DNA of 51,393 nt, filler included, from Streblomastix strix (lineage: Eukaryota): the NCBI GenBank assembly GCA_008636045.1. It is 3 parts of 3 records of this genome, joined end to end, with 100 filler letters (N's around TTAATTAATTAA, not from the genome) between each part and the next. Parts side by side here need not be neighbours in the genome. Positions count along the whole stretch, not along the records: positions 34,340 to 51,393 come from SNRW01000732.1; 2 more parts are not named here. One strand, given 5' to 3'. Positions 38,475 to 51,393 of the stretch are shown here, in pieces. Made by a program: the position numbers and the translations under genes. Below the pieces are notes generated by a model that ran no database searches, had not been told where the DNA came from, and saw only the letters and a program-made list of their open reading frames with translations. How positions within the stretch are numbered: the first letter of the stretch is position 1; every line of letters starts with the position of its first letter.

Positions 38475-39014
38475 AACCATACAAATTATATTAATCGAGG
38501 AATAATTGGGTTTCAGTTGGCACTCTATCTTTAAAACAATTTGTGAATCATCTATAAAATACGTTTGTGAAAGTAAGATATGTAAATGATTGTACGAAAC
38601 TTATTTTTGACTGCCTAAATTTTGACACTCGATTTTATAGTTAAAATTATACTAATAATTAGCTTAAAAATTAACTGCAGGGGGGTGGTGGTGGAATTTA
38701 CCTGCACCCGATTAGCGTGATAAATGATGTAAAGTTTGACCAGCTAAAATTGGCGGCTCGATTTCAAGGGGGAAATTTAACCCCTTAAAATTAATCCATG
38801 ATTAGCTCTATAAATTAATGATAAAAATTACTTTGATTATTTTTGACCCGCAAAAATTTGTTCCTTGATATTAGGGCCTAAAAATAGCCCCTTAAAATTA
38901 TTCTCGTATTAGCGTTGTAATTAATGTTCGGTCAAACTAAAAATAATTTTAAATTTATTTCGTTGGTGCAATCTGCCTTTTGAACTGATCTAAAATTAGC
39001 CTGAATTAATGTTT

Positions 39015-40957
39015 TCAACCTGCCATAATCATACTTCCACCAATCTCTCCAATTACTTCTAAATTTAATGCTTATGGTTCAGGGGCATCATCGAACATTA
39101 TTCTAACAATTGAATCACAAAGGAAATAAACCAGTGGCGTCTACGCAATCTATTTTCATATGAAGTATGTTCTAGTTCCAACAAATCCAGCAAAATTATT
39201 TTAGTTCTCAGGGTTATCAGTATCATCAATAATCTTAAAATTATCCAATATTCCATCAACAAAGTTATAATGAAGAGTCATTTATATATATTAATTCTGG
39301 ATTCTATTCAAGTACAATTGTAACATCGCATAAACGAGTCGTCAGTAGCTAATTTCCATATCAGCATAAATTTATTAGGATAATATGTTTTTGTAGCTTT
39401 AGAGCCTAAAATAAAATGTTGTATTAAAAATACGTTATCTTCTAATTCTGCAGGCCATCATCTTTGCCATATTAGTAATTTTTATCATTTATATTAATGT
39501 TATGGAAAGTAAGTGACCGATAAAGATCTGATGGTGCTGCTACAATATTCTAGTCAACGAAACACTAAAAAATCGAACCATTAACATCTGCCGTTAGTGC
39601 TTCATATAGATTAGGTGTCTCATGCTTCTGGTCAATTATTAAATCAATCTTCTTCAGTATTATTGGGAAGAACCAAGCAGGATATTATTACATAGCGAAT
39701 GTCATAAATAAACTTTTTATATTAGAGAAGGACATTATCGTTTACATTTTAGTACCTGACATCGGACAATTGGTTGACTAAGTCTTAAGTACTTAAGTTG
39801 GGAAATAGATTATTTTTTACGCTCTAATCGTATCTATAATTGCCATTTCATTTTCTATGGTAAAACATAAATTATGCATACATAAATAATCAAAATATGC
39901 CGTATCAATATATTATATACTATTTTTAGGAACAGTAGATGCATCGTCTTAACCTTTACAATTAATCATTCAAATCGCATAACAGATATTTGTAGGAGCT
40001 GTGACATTGTTCAAAAGTGAAATTATATCCGGTTTCTCTGCTGGTTTCATACAGTAAGCTAAATAAGTATCTAATGAATGAAATGTTTTATTAAATCTAA
40101 TTACTTTTAAATCTTATAGGAAATCAGTCATTCATAATTATAAACATAACGAAGCATAATTTTTAGTAAGTGCAGGAAATTTATTAAATATACGGTTAAG
40201 TAAATTCAAGTCCATAACCTCAGAAAATGAAATATCATTGGGATAGCGATAATAACATGTAATTGTAGCAGAAACAGTTGCAACGTCGGCTAAATGAACA
40301 TCAATAAACACATCACAATAACGTTTACCTTAAACTATACTTTAAAGAGGTGAAACATTAACACTATTATTAACGGTAAGATCAAATAAAGAATTAAAAT
40401 AAATAATTTCTTATTTTCTAGCGTAAATTGAAGTTTCCGATAATTTTGTATTATCGCGTCAAATAATTATTTATTAGAAAGGTCCACAGGCAGTTGAGAA
40501 CCCTAACCAAAATTTCAGTCTTTGGCTAGCATTGTACTTTTGTGATGCTTATTTTATGTCTGCTGCTAGTGCGGTTGTGGCTGTCTCAGTATCATTAAAG
40601 TTTGTTTAGATCGGCAAAATTCTATCTCGTTTATCTACCATTTGTTATATTTACTTAATTTAATTAGATACCTTAAGTATTAGCGGGTCTAGTTATTGTC
40701 CAACTAACTTAACAGGTCTAAACACAACAACAAATTGCACTACCTCTAGCCCCAAATGGAGCACTAGTCTATCTGATACCACCAGAAGTTAAAGTACTTC
40801 TTGGTTAGTCAAAAAATTCCTGTTTGGATAGTGCGAATGATTAAGGTTCAATAGTCAAAGTTCGTAACACTTCAATTAGTGCAGAGTACGATGAAACGTA
40901 ATCGGAATGTGAGGCCTTCAATAAACAAGATAAATAATCTGATACGCTGAATGACAT
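39015..40957 (-). pseudogene. Probable double-jelly-roll major capsid protein
   Basis: ~645-codon beta-rich frame (LKFWLGFSTACGPFQQ, IYFPTQVLKTQ, SNIKSLFMTFAM, YFLCDSIVRIMF) inside a pPolB/ATPase element. Size and position fit an MCP, but the fold is inferred, not shown. Confidence 0.55.
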
Positions 40958-41026
40958 TTATTGTTTGAAATAAGTTTTCAAAATTAACATTCTATAAAAT
41001 ATTTAATTTTTTTATCTAGATAATAA

Positions 41027-41600
41027 ATGGAAGAGATAAATGAATGGGAAATATAAACTATTGATAACTAATATGAAATATTAACGGAAGAGTCTCATGC
41101 AATTAGACGAACAAGAGATCAATATATTCCAAAAATAATACTTGATAAATAATCAGGTTATTGTATTATACTTCTGAGTAAATATAAATTTAAATATTAT
41201 AGAGTTATTGCTGCATACTTTTTTCCAAACTCTGATAATTTACCACAAGTAGATCGCATTAATCATATTAGAATTGATAATCGAATAGAGAACTTGTGTT
41301 GGACCACTAATATAGAGAATTCAAAGAATAGGACTGATTATTGATAAATTTAATATGAAAATTTTGGTGAATTACCAGAAGGAAGCTAGCCACTTATATT
41401 ATATATTGGGCAAGATATAGAAGGATATAGTTTCGATTAAGAATTTAATATTTATTTGAATATCGGGCAAAAAATTAAGAAACTTCGTTTAATGTACAAA
41501 ATAATATTTACACTTGTTAAAGTGTTTGGTGTTATGATATTACACAAAAATAATTTGGAGTATATATCGATAAATTAAGAAATACAAATTATGAATGAAT
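41027..41600 (+). pseudogene. HNH endonuclease (I-HmuI/HNH_3-like)
   Basis: LYRVIAAYFFPNSDNLPQVDRINHIRIDNRIENLCWTTNIENSKNR. The expected His positions are mutated and a premature TGA follows. Confidence 0.85.
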
Positions 41601-41641
41601 CATCTTAAGAATATGATTTAATTATTTTTAAACTAATAAAC

Positions 41642-41845
41642 ATATCGTTTTGGACAAGGTTGAAGAATTTCGATTCTAAAATTTTACACGGTGTAATTTC
41701 AGCAGCTAAATGGGTCGCTCAAGTTTTTCATAAAGTTATGGGTGCAGTATCAGGGCCATTATGTGCTATTAATCCTTCTGCAGGTATGATAACTAGAGAA
41801 ATAAGAACGGCAGCTGGTGGTACAAGTAAGTTTCTTAATCGATGA
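41642..41845 (+). CDS. Small basic amphipathic, Gly/Ala-rich protein
   Basis: (I)SFWTRLKNFDSKILHGVISAAKWVAQVFHKVMGAVSGPL... The start codon appears mutated to ATA. A related ORF MINTKNFGSKILSCVK begins at 41879. Confidence 0.55.
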   Translation: MSFWTRLKNFDSKILHGVISAAKWVAQVFHKVMGAVSGPLCAINPSAGMITREIRTAAGGTSKFLNR

Positions 41846-42793
41846 TACATTAACTCATGAGTATTTTTATATTAAAATATGATTAACACAAAGAACTTTG
41901 GTTCAAAAATATTAAGTTGTGTAAAATAGGCTACGGGTTATGTTCCAAATGTTTTAGCTAAATTATTAGCTTCAATATAGATGAGAAGTGGCACAGTAAA
42001 TATTTAACTAACATATATATAACCTAAACCAATTAATTATGTACACTAAAAAAAATTAAATAATTAAACTCTGAAATCATTAATTTTTTACACTTATTTT
42101 TCTCTAATTAAATGAAATAGCTTAAATTATAATTGAAATAGTTAATTAAACGATTAATCAAAAATAAAACATATAGCAAGATCTATTGATCGAGATAATT
42201 TTACAATTGAATGAATTAATGTTGCCCTAATTAGATTAGCCACTACTATTCTATGAGTTGAGAAAGATAAAATAATAATTTGATCATTAATAATAAAAAT
42301 TTTAATTTTTTTAATAAATATGCGGAGCAAGATTAGTATCTTTATAAAAATTTAAGTTTAAAATAATTGCAAATGTAATAATTATTGTAATTAGTTTAAA
42401 TAATTAAGTAGTAATCAAGCTGGGACATTAAAGCGCTATATATTAAAAGAAGCAAATGATGAAGAAAAATAAATATGCAATAATTTCGTTGAAGATGTAG
42501 GAAATAAACAATTCTTTAATTATTACTCAATAAATTTAATCTGATAATCTCACTCATTTGATGCGACTATCGATAGGTAATGAATGTAACTTATCATTTC
42601 CTAACATTTATCTCCAATATATTCTCCTTCATTCTCTATGTTAGAATCAGTGATTATTTTTTCACTTTGCTCACATTTAATTGGCTTTACTAGTGCTTAA
42701 TATATATATAATATATATCGGTATAGCTTACGTTAATTTATTTACCTTATTTGATAGCTATTTAATCCATTTGTATAAAAATAAAATAAAATT

Positions 42794-44796
42794 TCAAAGA
42801 AACCGAACGTTAAATGTTAATATTTCTCCATCAGCACTTATATGTAATCTTCTATCAGCAAAATATTCCTATCCTGCTTTTGCTATGAAAAATCCAAGTC
42901 GATTTTACGCTTAATTTCCTTGTGTTCCAATTATCCATTAATTAACAGTTTAACAATTTGTATTATCCTTATTACAGCCGAATTATATATTGATCCATTA
43001 AATATTAATCGACATACTTATTCATTTTCATTCGATATAAGTACCAGAAATTGATAAATTAACTTATATTAAATTATTGAAGGCTTTCATACCAGTAATT
43101 GTTTAATCAATTCCAACATTAACTAATCCGTTACCATTAAATGTTATTAATGAACTATCACTATTAATATTTAAATCAATACTATGGTCAGTTTATCTTA
43201 GTGAACTGGGTACTATAGTTAATGCGTCATCACTTTTTTTATTATTTTCTCATTAACGGGAAACTGTTACACTAATTATACTATTACTACAGGCAAAATA
43301 TTATGAAGATTCATCCAAATATGTTTCAATTTTGATTCCATTATTATAATTTGCTTTCATTCGATCCATTGGATTATCTTTTAAAGAATTTTACATTGTT
43401 CCTCCATATCCATTGTCATAATTAATCGGTATTTATGTACCAGTAGGAACTGTTGTAACTACACTTTAAGTTAATATCTCGGTTATTCTAGTAAGTTAAT
43501 ATGCGCTTTTATCTATAACAACATCTTAATAGAACCAACTGATTCCAATCAAATATACGCAGAATAAATAGCTGTATTCGCTGTTCCAGTATGAGTATGA
43601 AGTAGTTAATTTGCACCATTTTCAATTAAATAACTAGTACAAACTTTTGTTGGGGCGGTAATTATACCATATACAGTAATGATTCCATTAATGGTATAAT
43701 TAGGTTATAGTCTAATGATTTGAACAGCATTGTTAGATGAGTAAAATTTAATTTCCACGAATAGATTACCTGTACTATTACCTGCAGGAAATACGCATAA
43801 TCTTACTCATCCACTACTTTAGTAAGTTCTTTATAGTTTTCTATCTATTATAGTTGTATCACCATTAGAGCATGGTTATTCAGTTGATAATCCACTTGTT
43901 TTATTAAATTTAGTTGCAAAAAAGTTTCCATCATATGTTAATTATTATGGATGTTAATAATCGTTTCTGCAATAATAATCACTCGTATCATTAGACACAG
44001 CTGATGAATTGACTAGTGGTACATTAGTAACTGTTGGATCAATATTCGATGGATGTTAATGCGTAGCATTATCATATATATTAGCTGTACCTTCAGTTCC
44101 TGTACCGGCATCTTTTTTTGTATCCATTACTTAAATTTACATGATGAGTATGATCAGACCGAGTATAAGTATTAACAACACCTTCTTCACATTTAGCAGT
44201 ATCTGTAGCTGGTAAAACAGTAGAAACTTAAAAAGAATGAATATTGTCTGATCTAGAATACTCATTTAAAGTTCCTGCAATTCCAGTTCAACTATAAACT
44301 AATGGAGTAGCATCACATGCAGGAGTTACTTAATCAGGAACTAATTAACCACTATCATACCAACTTGATTCATACATCCAGACTGTGCTACTCTGAGCAT
44401 TAAAGGCAAAATCACCTGCAGCACTAGAGATTAGATTAATTATATCTTTATTCAATAAATAGTATCCACGAAAATGAGTTTATCTAGCTAGCTCTTACTA
44501 AATCAAAATTATATCACTTTTAATATTGGCTATACCTGTTTCATCAGTTCGCAATTATTATTGTAATTAATTTATCTAATATTATATTTGAATTTTTATT
44601 ATTTGAAATCTAAATTTAAAACCTATAAATCTTTAACTATTAATTTTCCATATGTATTTTTTTTTAATGTGAAGTTGCTAGCTGATCCATCGGATATATA
44701 TTACTTATCGGCATAAACTAACGCTGATTAATTATCTATAAAGAGTTGTTAGTTTTTATCTTATATTACACTTAAGCTACTATTTTTTTTTCACAT
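42794..44796 (-). pseudogene. Second tail-fibre-like protein with repeated Y-x-R-x-D-H-x-H-type motifs
   Basis: EYSRSDNIH, TYTRSDHTH, YDNATHQHP and YCRNDYQHP at ~27-29 aa spacing. Preceded by a coiled coil and HFRGYY...WMYESSWYDSG; followed by a beta-rich head ending ISADGEILTFNVRFL-TGA. Confidence 0.65.
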
Positions 44797-45514
44797 ACTA
44801 CAAATAATATTAAATCTTTATTGAAATTAATTATTTATTAACAGATTTCTACTAATTAGTGAGCACATATATTTATTACATTTAAGTACCAAAAATAATT
44901 CAAGCAAAAGTGCTAAGTTGATTTTATCCGAGCAGCATATAGGGGACTGGCTCAAATTTGAGCCGACATCAATTATTGATCTAAAGAGAGTCCTATCCAA
45001 TTTGAACTAGATACTAATTTCCACTATGTTCAAAAGGTAAGTTGCACCAATATTTTATTTTTTAATAATATTGAAGGCTAATTGTTGTTCTAATTTATAA
45101 CATTAATTCAAGGTTAATTTTTAGGCCTGATAGAATTCTCTCGGGCTAAAATTCCAGGATAATTATTCAATAACTTCAAATATAACTAATATCCATATTC
45201 TTTCGCTAGTTTTATATCATTATTTTTAATTGCTTCCTTAATTAGTTCTTCCAATTATTCAGTGGTTAACTATTTGATTGATGATTCGTCAATTTATTTC
45301 ATTTTCTTTCTACGATAGCAAAATTAAATTATATACACAATTATATTAACAGGAACTAATATTATATCTAGAAATTCTCATAATTGTTTAATCAGTGAAA
45401 CATATTAGATTGGTACACTAACTTAGATAATTTGCACTATGAAATTAATCCCATAAAATAAGTAATTTAATACAAATTAAATTAAATTACTCACATTCAT
45501 TTATATTTACTTAA

Positions 45515-46561
45515 ATGAGCACCTAATAAATAAATTAAATATCATTAGATGATTAATCACTATTAAAAGAAAATAACATTAAGTCTCCAGTATCACATTC
45601 TATCTTTCTCATTATCGCAAATCATTATGTTGTTGGATCGGTTGGAAATGGTATAATAACTCTAATAGCTAAATTAATTGTATTATATTAATGGTATATT
45701 AATCCAAACATATTATAGTTCTCTAATTTTAGCCCAGATGAAACAATGGCGATTAATTTAAATAATAAAGGAATAAAATTAATTAATATTACTTACGCAG
45801 AAGCTCAATCTTTTCTACCATAATTCGATGAAATTAAATTTAAAGTTAAGGAAATTTATAACTATTGGAAGTTAAAAGAACGAGATATTAGATATGATTC
45901 AGATTATATAACTAAGATGAAAGAGACAGTAGTCGATAATAATAAATAAAATGATTTGCGAAGAGAATAGGAAACAGAGAAATAATACCAATACAGGCTA
46001 TGGGATATTTTCCAATTGGAGTGTTTAAAATTAATTAATGAATTTAGTTAGCCCACAACTATTATGCGATTCAATGTCCCCCCGATAATTAAAGGGGTTA
46101 AATATTCTAAAAAATTAAAAAAAGTTGAGCAAGATGGAGAATATGAATTTTAAAAAATACTCATATTAATTAACTCATCATTACTTTCTATAATAATGAA
46201 CACTGATGAAATTGCGTCAAATACAGACATTTAACGACATATTAGTGAGCTGGCTAGATCAACTACTCACTTGATCTCCGATAGCCGACATAGTAAAAAT
46301 ACCATATTCTTCTGCGCATAAAGGCCAAGTTATTTGATTAAATCAGCCCATATATTGTTCCACGTAATTACTGTTGGGACTAACATGTCAGAATAAGATT
46401 TGAAATAAATATGTGAAGAAAATAATGTACAGGAATTAAATGAATAAGAATTTATCATTATTTAGAACTATTTACAGAAATATGAATTTATCATAATAAA
46501 AAAAATCAATAAATACTATCGATATACTTAAACGATAAAATTGTGTGAAATTAATCCATGA
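45515..46561 (+). pseudogene. A32/FtsK-HerA family genome-packaging ATPase
   Basis: YVVGSVGNGIITLIAKL (decayed Walker A), IIMNTDEIA (Walker B), LISDSRHSKNTIFFCAQRPSYL (A32 RH...Q motif). TGA at 46559-46561. Confidence 0.8.
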
Positions 46562-46699
46562 ATTGATTTATAATGCTAGGAGCTAAAATTAGTTCCTTGA
46601 ATTAGTATAATAAATTAGCCCTTGAATTAGTGTTATAATTAACGAAAAATAACTAAATAAAGTTAGCCAAATAATTAAACTTACTATTAACCTCTAATG

Positions 46700-47736
46700 T
46701 TTTCAATTTACAACATTATTGAAAAAATATGTTCTGATAATACTCCACTGTTAGTGAAGCTGGGATTGATATATGAGAATTAGAATTAATAATTATTTGT
46801 CCCAGTTGGTTTATTAAACAATTTAGATATTAATTTATGTTGGCTGATGAAGTAGTTAAATGTTATATATAAAGTGTATCGGAAAATTTAGGGAAAAAAT
46901 CATCATCAACATACCCCAATATGACACGAATACTAGTTAACCAACCTTATGATGTCTAACGCACATACGCGTTAATATATACGATACCACTACTTTGTAA
47001 AACTAATCTATCTTAACTCAATCCGACTACATAATCACCCCCATGAAATTGCTCTCTTTTGGCTGTAATTGGTGCTACAATTTTAATATTAAATTTTAAT
47101 TAAATACAATTGAAATCAATAATGAGGCCGTTATTTATTTTATTTACATCATGCATTTTCTATATCTGGAATGGTTGCTCATTGCAAAATCTAGTAGTTG
47201 TATTAGTTAATTTGGAAGATAATGCCCAACTACATTCTAAAGAAGAAATAAGTGTTGCATTACCATCAATTATTTAGAAACTATTATTGACATTAGTTCC
47301 AAAATAAATATTACTATCTAAATTTTTATTTATTCCCAATTTATTTTAATCCAACTAATTTGGTATCAACATTTGCTAACATAATTAGGTTTGTTGTACC
47401 ATTAAATAACTAAATTTATGTTATATCAATATTATCTGCAATGATTTCATTTAAGTTAATCCGAATTGTACTAGTAAAGTAATTAACTGTTAACGTATTA
47501 ATGGTATTTTTACCGGTAATTATTTAATCAGTATCTAGTGTAACGTAATCTCTTGATTTCCTGATATATTAACTAAAATATGTAATGTACTTAATTATTA
47601 ATTATTCAATAAAAAGATTTAATTTCTTACGTAATAGTTCAAATTTTCTTTAATCATTATCTATTTTTCTAACTTTGTCTAATTCATCTTTCATCGCTTA
47701 TAATTATTCTTAGATTGGAAGTTCATGGTCATCCAT
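46700..47736 (-). pseudogene. Third fibre-like/structural protein
   Basis: N-terminal coiled coil, then DYVTLDTDQIITGKNT (the same QxITGxK motif as 20596-23472) and a beta-rich C-terminus. Frameshifted. Confidence 0.45.
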
Positions 47737-47771
47737 TTAAATTAATTGTAAAAATAAATCGTAATTATTGT

Positions 47772-48503
47772 TCAAAATTCAGTAGGATCAATATCAATTG
47801 CTGGGATTTCACTTAGCCTAATCAGATCTTTGTGAATACTATATAATTTTTCGACAGAATTCCAAAGTACATTATCAGTAGTGTTAATAGAAACATTATT
47901 TATCTGTACATCAATAACTCTAACTATTTCTTTCCTCTTATACTATTTACTTAGACACGAATGTGTTACAATTATACTTTCATTTAATACAATTTCTATA
48001 TCATCTTCCTTCTCTTATGTTACTATTGACCAAAATTTAGTAAAATTTTCAGAAGGTAAAATAAAATCATCGCTTTTGTTTCTATGTATAACAGTTCGCC
48101 ATATACAATCCACAACAAATTTCATAACCTCCAGATTAGGTTGGGATAAATAGGCGTTCAAGTGATTATCTACAATTATCGGTTGGGCTAGTGGTTGAAT
48201 TGATTGTTGGACTAATGGTTGGGCTAATTTATCTATTACTTCCCATGGAGTAACATAAGCAGTTGTACTATCAGCATCAGTATATTTATTTTTATTCCAG
48301 TGACTCAATGATTAATTTCTAGGTGATGTAATAAATTATTCATTGAATTAACTGTTGGACTAACTAGCTTCATTTTATATTGCTTTTGATATTAAACTAT
48401 CTATGTACTATAATCTTTATTAGTTATTTGGGTCAGTTAGTTCTTTCTTTAATTTTTTACTTTTAGAGAATAGCAACAAATTCCTTTCAACTCCGCTTAT
48501 CAT
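47772..48503 (-). CDS. Hypothetical Polinton-like protein (243 aa)
   Basis: Open ATG-to-TGA frame under TAR=Gln that contains track ORF 48015-48308. Confidence 0.65.
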
Positions 48504-49190
48504 TCAAATTCAATAATGAATTTTTCGATAATTAAATGGATAAATCGTAAGCATATAAATTTATAATGGAAAATGGTACAAATACTGAATTTTTTGATGT
48601 TAGGTATTTTATTCGAGATAAGAAATAAATTAATTGTTTTGAAGATGGAAAAAATGGATTAAAAATAGTAACTTAAGCTTAATAGAATTAATTAATGATG
48701 TTAGCAAGAGGTTCTCGATAAATAAAATAATAGTAAAAGAAGCAATTATGTGATTTAGAATCAAGCGATGATTTTTTTGACGACGAATGAGATTAATAGA
48801 AATAAATTAAACCATAACTTGTTAAAAAGAAAGTATAAAACAAATCATAAACTAAATATGTTAATCTCTAATTAGATTTAGAAGAACTAATTTCACTTTG
48901 AATTGAGAATAAATTTATATTAAATAGTAGCACGCTGAAGCAATTAAACAGAATGAGAAATGTAAAAATAAATTGAAAGCATTAAAATAAGTTAAATACA
49001 GGCCAAAATAAGTATAAATTGAACAAGAAGTTAGTGAAGAAGAAAAATAGGAATAATAACATCCTCAATAATAGTATTGTAAATAGCCACAATAAAATAG
49101 TTAATTCAATATTTATTGATAAAATTAAGCAGTCAAAATTGGTTGGTAGAAATATTCAAAATTATTTTTAATTTTTTATCTGGGTAATAA

Positions 49191-49790
49191 ATGTAACAAT
49201 TTACTACTCTTACCGTTGAGCCTACTTATGATATTACCACCGAATATCCTTGAGTAATTAGACGTAAATCTGATGGGTTCGAGCCAAAGATCTCAATTGA
49301 AAAAGTGGTTATTAATAAGATCAACTGAATGGAACTACTTACGGTATCCACAGACTAGTTGCTATTTAATTTATTCCAATTGATGGGCTGAATAAATACG
49401 TTGATCATGTCAATCATTACCGTAGTAATAATTAACTTAAAAATTTACGCTGACAATCCGTAAATGAGAATTGTAAAAATTGAACCAAAAATATAAGAAC
49501 TTAATTATAAAATATATTTAATTATTCATCACCAGAAGATAAAATAAATATTACTGAATATGGAAACCATATATTTGATGGTCTATATCTTGTACGTAAT
49601 GAAACTAAATTTTACAAGTATAATAGTTTATAATATAAATAATTACATGTTAATGTAAAATTAAATGGAGCCCTATTTTTTATGTTGTATAATTTAGAGA
49701 AAAAGGCCATTAGCTTCATTACGCCAGAGTTAAACGTATATTTAATATATCAAATTGATAAAATTATTTTTCCTCATAAATAGCAGCATA
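49191..49790 (+). pseudogene. Second HNH endonuclease
   Basis: TYGIHRLVAIQFIP...YVDHVNHYRSNNQLKNLR*QSVNENCKN. Paralogous to 41027-41600. Confidence 0.85.
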
Positions 49791-49794
49791 AGGT

Positions 49795-51230
49795 ATGAAA
49801 GTACAATCTTCATCAACCGAATAAGAGTCTGTTTAGTGGAAAACTATTATCCAATAAGAGTGTAATTAATTTAAAGTTAATAGTATCAGTAACGTACCAA
49901 TTAATTTAACATAATATTTAAACAATGATTACATTGAAATATCTCTAAATATTAGATCTAAGGAAGATAAGTAAATTATAATATAAGAATAATTTCCGAA
50001 TAATTTATTTAAATTAACAGCTATTGATTAACTTCCACCAATCAGAATTAAAATGAACACATATATTATTAATAATTACGTTAATCATGAAGGACACTAG
50101 GGATATAAATTTAACTTATAACTTATTGTTCTAAAAAATAATTAATTTAATGAATTTGCTGATAATTCCGAATAATATTTTAGATAAGTGGATACAACTA
50201 ATGGAGTTACCAGTAAGTTTTAATTCAGTTATAAAAGAGCATTCATAAAAATTATTAAATTAGTTTACCCTATGCAAAAATATATGTGAGGACATATATT
50301 CTTGTGCAATTAATTATATTAATTTTCATCTTGATTCATTTCTATACCATTATTGGATAAAAAATCAATAATTAAAGGTGACCGTTAGAACGATCGGATT
50401 TACTAAATTATATTGTCCTACAACAGATAAATATATAACTAGTATTGAACCTTATATGTACGACGAAAATAAGTCCATTAGTGTTAGATATAATTTTGGA
50501 ATATAATATACGATTAATGGTGATTCTATATTACTAGTTGAAGCTTAACCAATTAATATATAAGGGCCAAATTTATAATTAATTACAAATTAAATTAATA
50601 CATATCAGATAAGAATAATATTTTCCCTACCAGCACTATCTGCTAATGAGTGGGATTATATTTACACTAGCGTACAACGACCTAATGACTACGGATGATT
50701 AGTGTCTGAAATATTAGAATAATTATATTGCGATAAGTTAGAATTATCAAATAAATTAGAAAAAATAGAATTTAGTAATAATTTAAATATATAATTGACC
50801 AATAGTAGCTAACTAAACGATAACAATGAAAATCACGTAAAATAAATGTAATTTGAAACATGGTAGTATAAAATGAAACATTTAAGCTAAAATTATCATT
50901 AAACATTATCTAAATTTTGTCCTTTCATCGTTAATTTCATGGAATATCGCCGGATGTTAATAATAATAGTGAACAATTAATCGAGAGGGCAAGCGATGGA
51001 GGTGTAGGCTAATAATTAGTTTAGTAATGTGGTTTTCAAATAGAATTTAATTGGTGCGCCAGTAATATGGGAATATAATATGTTATCTCATACTAATGTT
51101 ATTGGGTAGAATAAAGAGGTTGTATTTAAGTTATTCGATAATTTTGGTAGATAAGTACCCGTACAATATATGGACATGTATAATAATTTACTATTAGAAC
51201 TATAATATAATTGATAAAGTTCTACCCGCG
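49795..51230 (+). pseudogene. Degraded hypothetical beta-rich viral protein(s), possibly minor capsid
   Basis: Long TAR-readthrough frames with frameshifts. No diagnostic motif recognised. Confidence 0.3.
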
Positions 51231-51393
51231 AAAATTAGCGGCAAGAATTTAACGTATAAATTGATGTTGGGTCAAACTTTAACTAATTATTTGGCTAACA
51301 TATTTATTTTTATTAAATGGAATAATTTATTACTGACAAGGTAAATCGGTTAATAAATAAGTTAACCATCAAGGAATTTGATAATAATATTAA

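Larger units (their letters stand above)
34364..51393. mobile_element. Endogenous Polinton/Maverick-like virus (right end not in window)
   Basis: AGTAGT at 34364 just upstream of pPolB, followed by a dense intronless array: pPolB, probable capsid, HNH, fibre-like genes and A32 ATPase. Confidence 0.85.

Noticed and set aside
38677..38695. G-rich run GGGGGGTGGTGGTGG
   Set aside because: Probably Gly codons in a short ORF; too short to support a telomere or G-quadruplex claim.

Overview
AT-rich eukaryotic DNA that reads in the TAA/TAG=Gln code, with TGA as the only stop. The supplied standard-code ORF track therefore shows only fragments. The code, the short GT-AG introns and the repeat content fit a protist such as an oxymonad (Streblomastix-like); this host assignment is inference. 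The window is three ~17 kb contigs joined by N44-TTAATTAATTAA-N44 linkers (1-17070, 17171-34239, 34340-51393), so adjacency across the gaps is not trustworthy. Most of the sequence is decayed endogenous Polinton/Maverick-like virus: two protein-primed PolB genes, an rve integrase, an A32-type packaging ATPase, a probable major capsid protein, two HNH nucleases, several AEP primase-polymerase/D5 helicase genes, and several phage tail-fibre-like genes. It also holds a foldback MITE with an ATAT target duplication, short AGTAGT...ACTACT-bounded terminal cassettes, DIRS-like retroelement relics, and two host genes (Sec1/Munc18 and a WD40 protein). All translations were done by eye, and boundaries of degraded genes are approximate.
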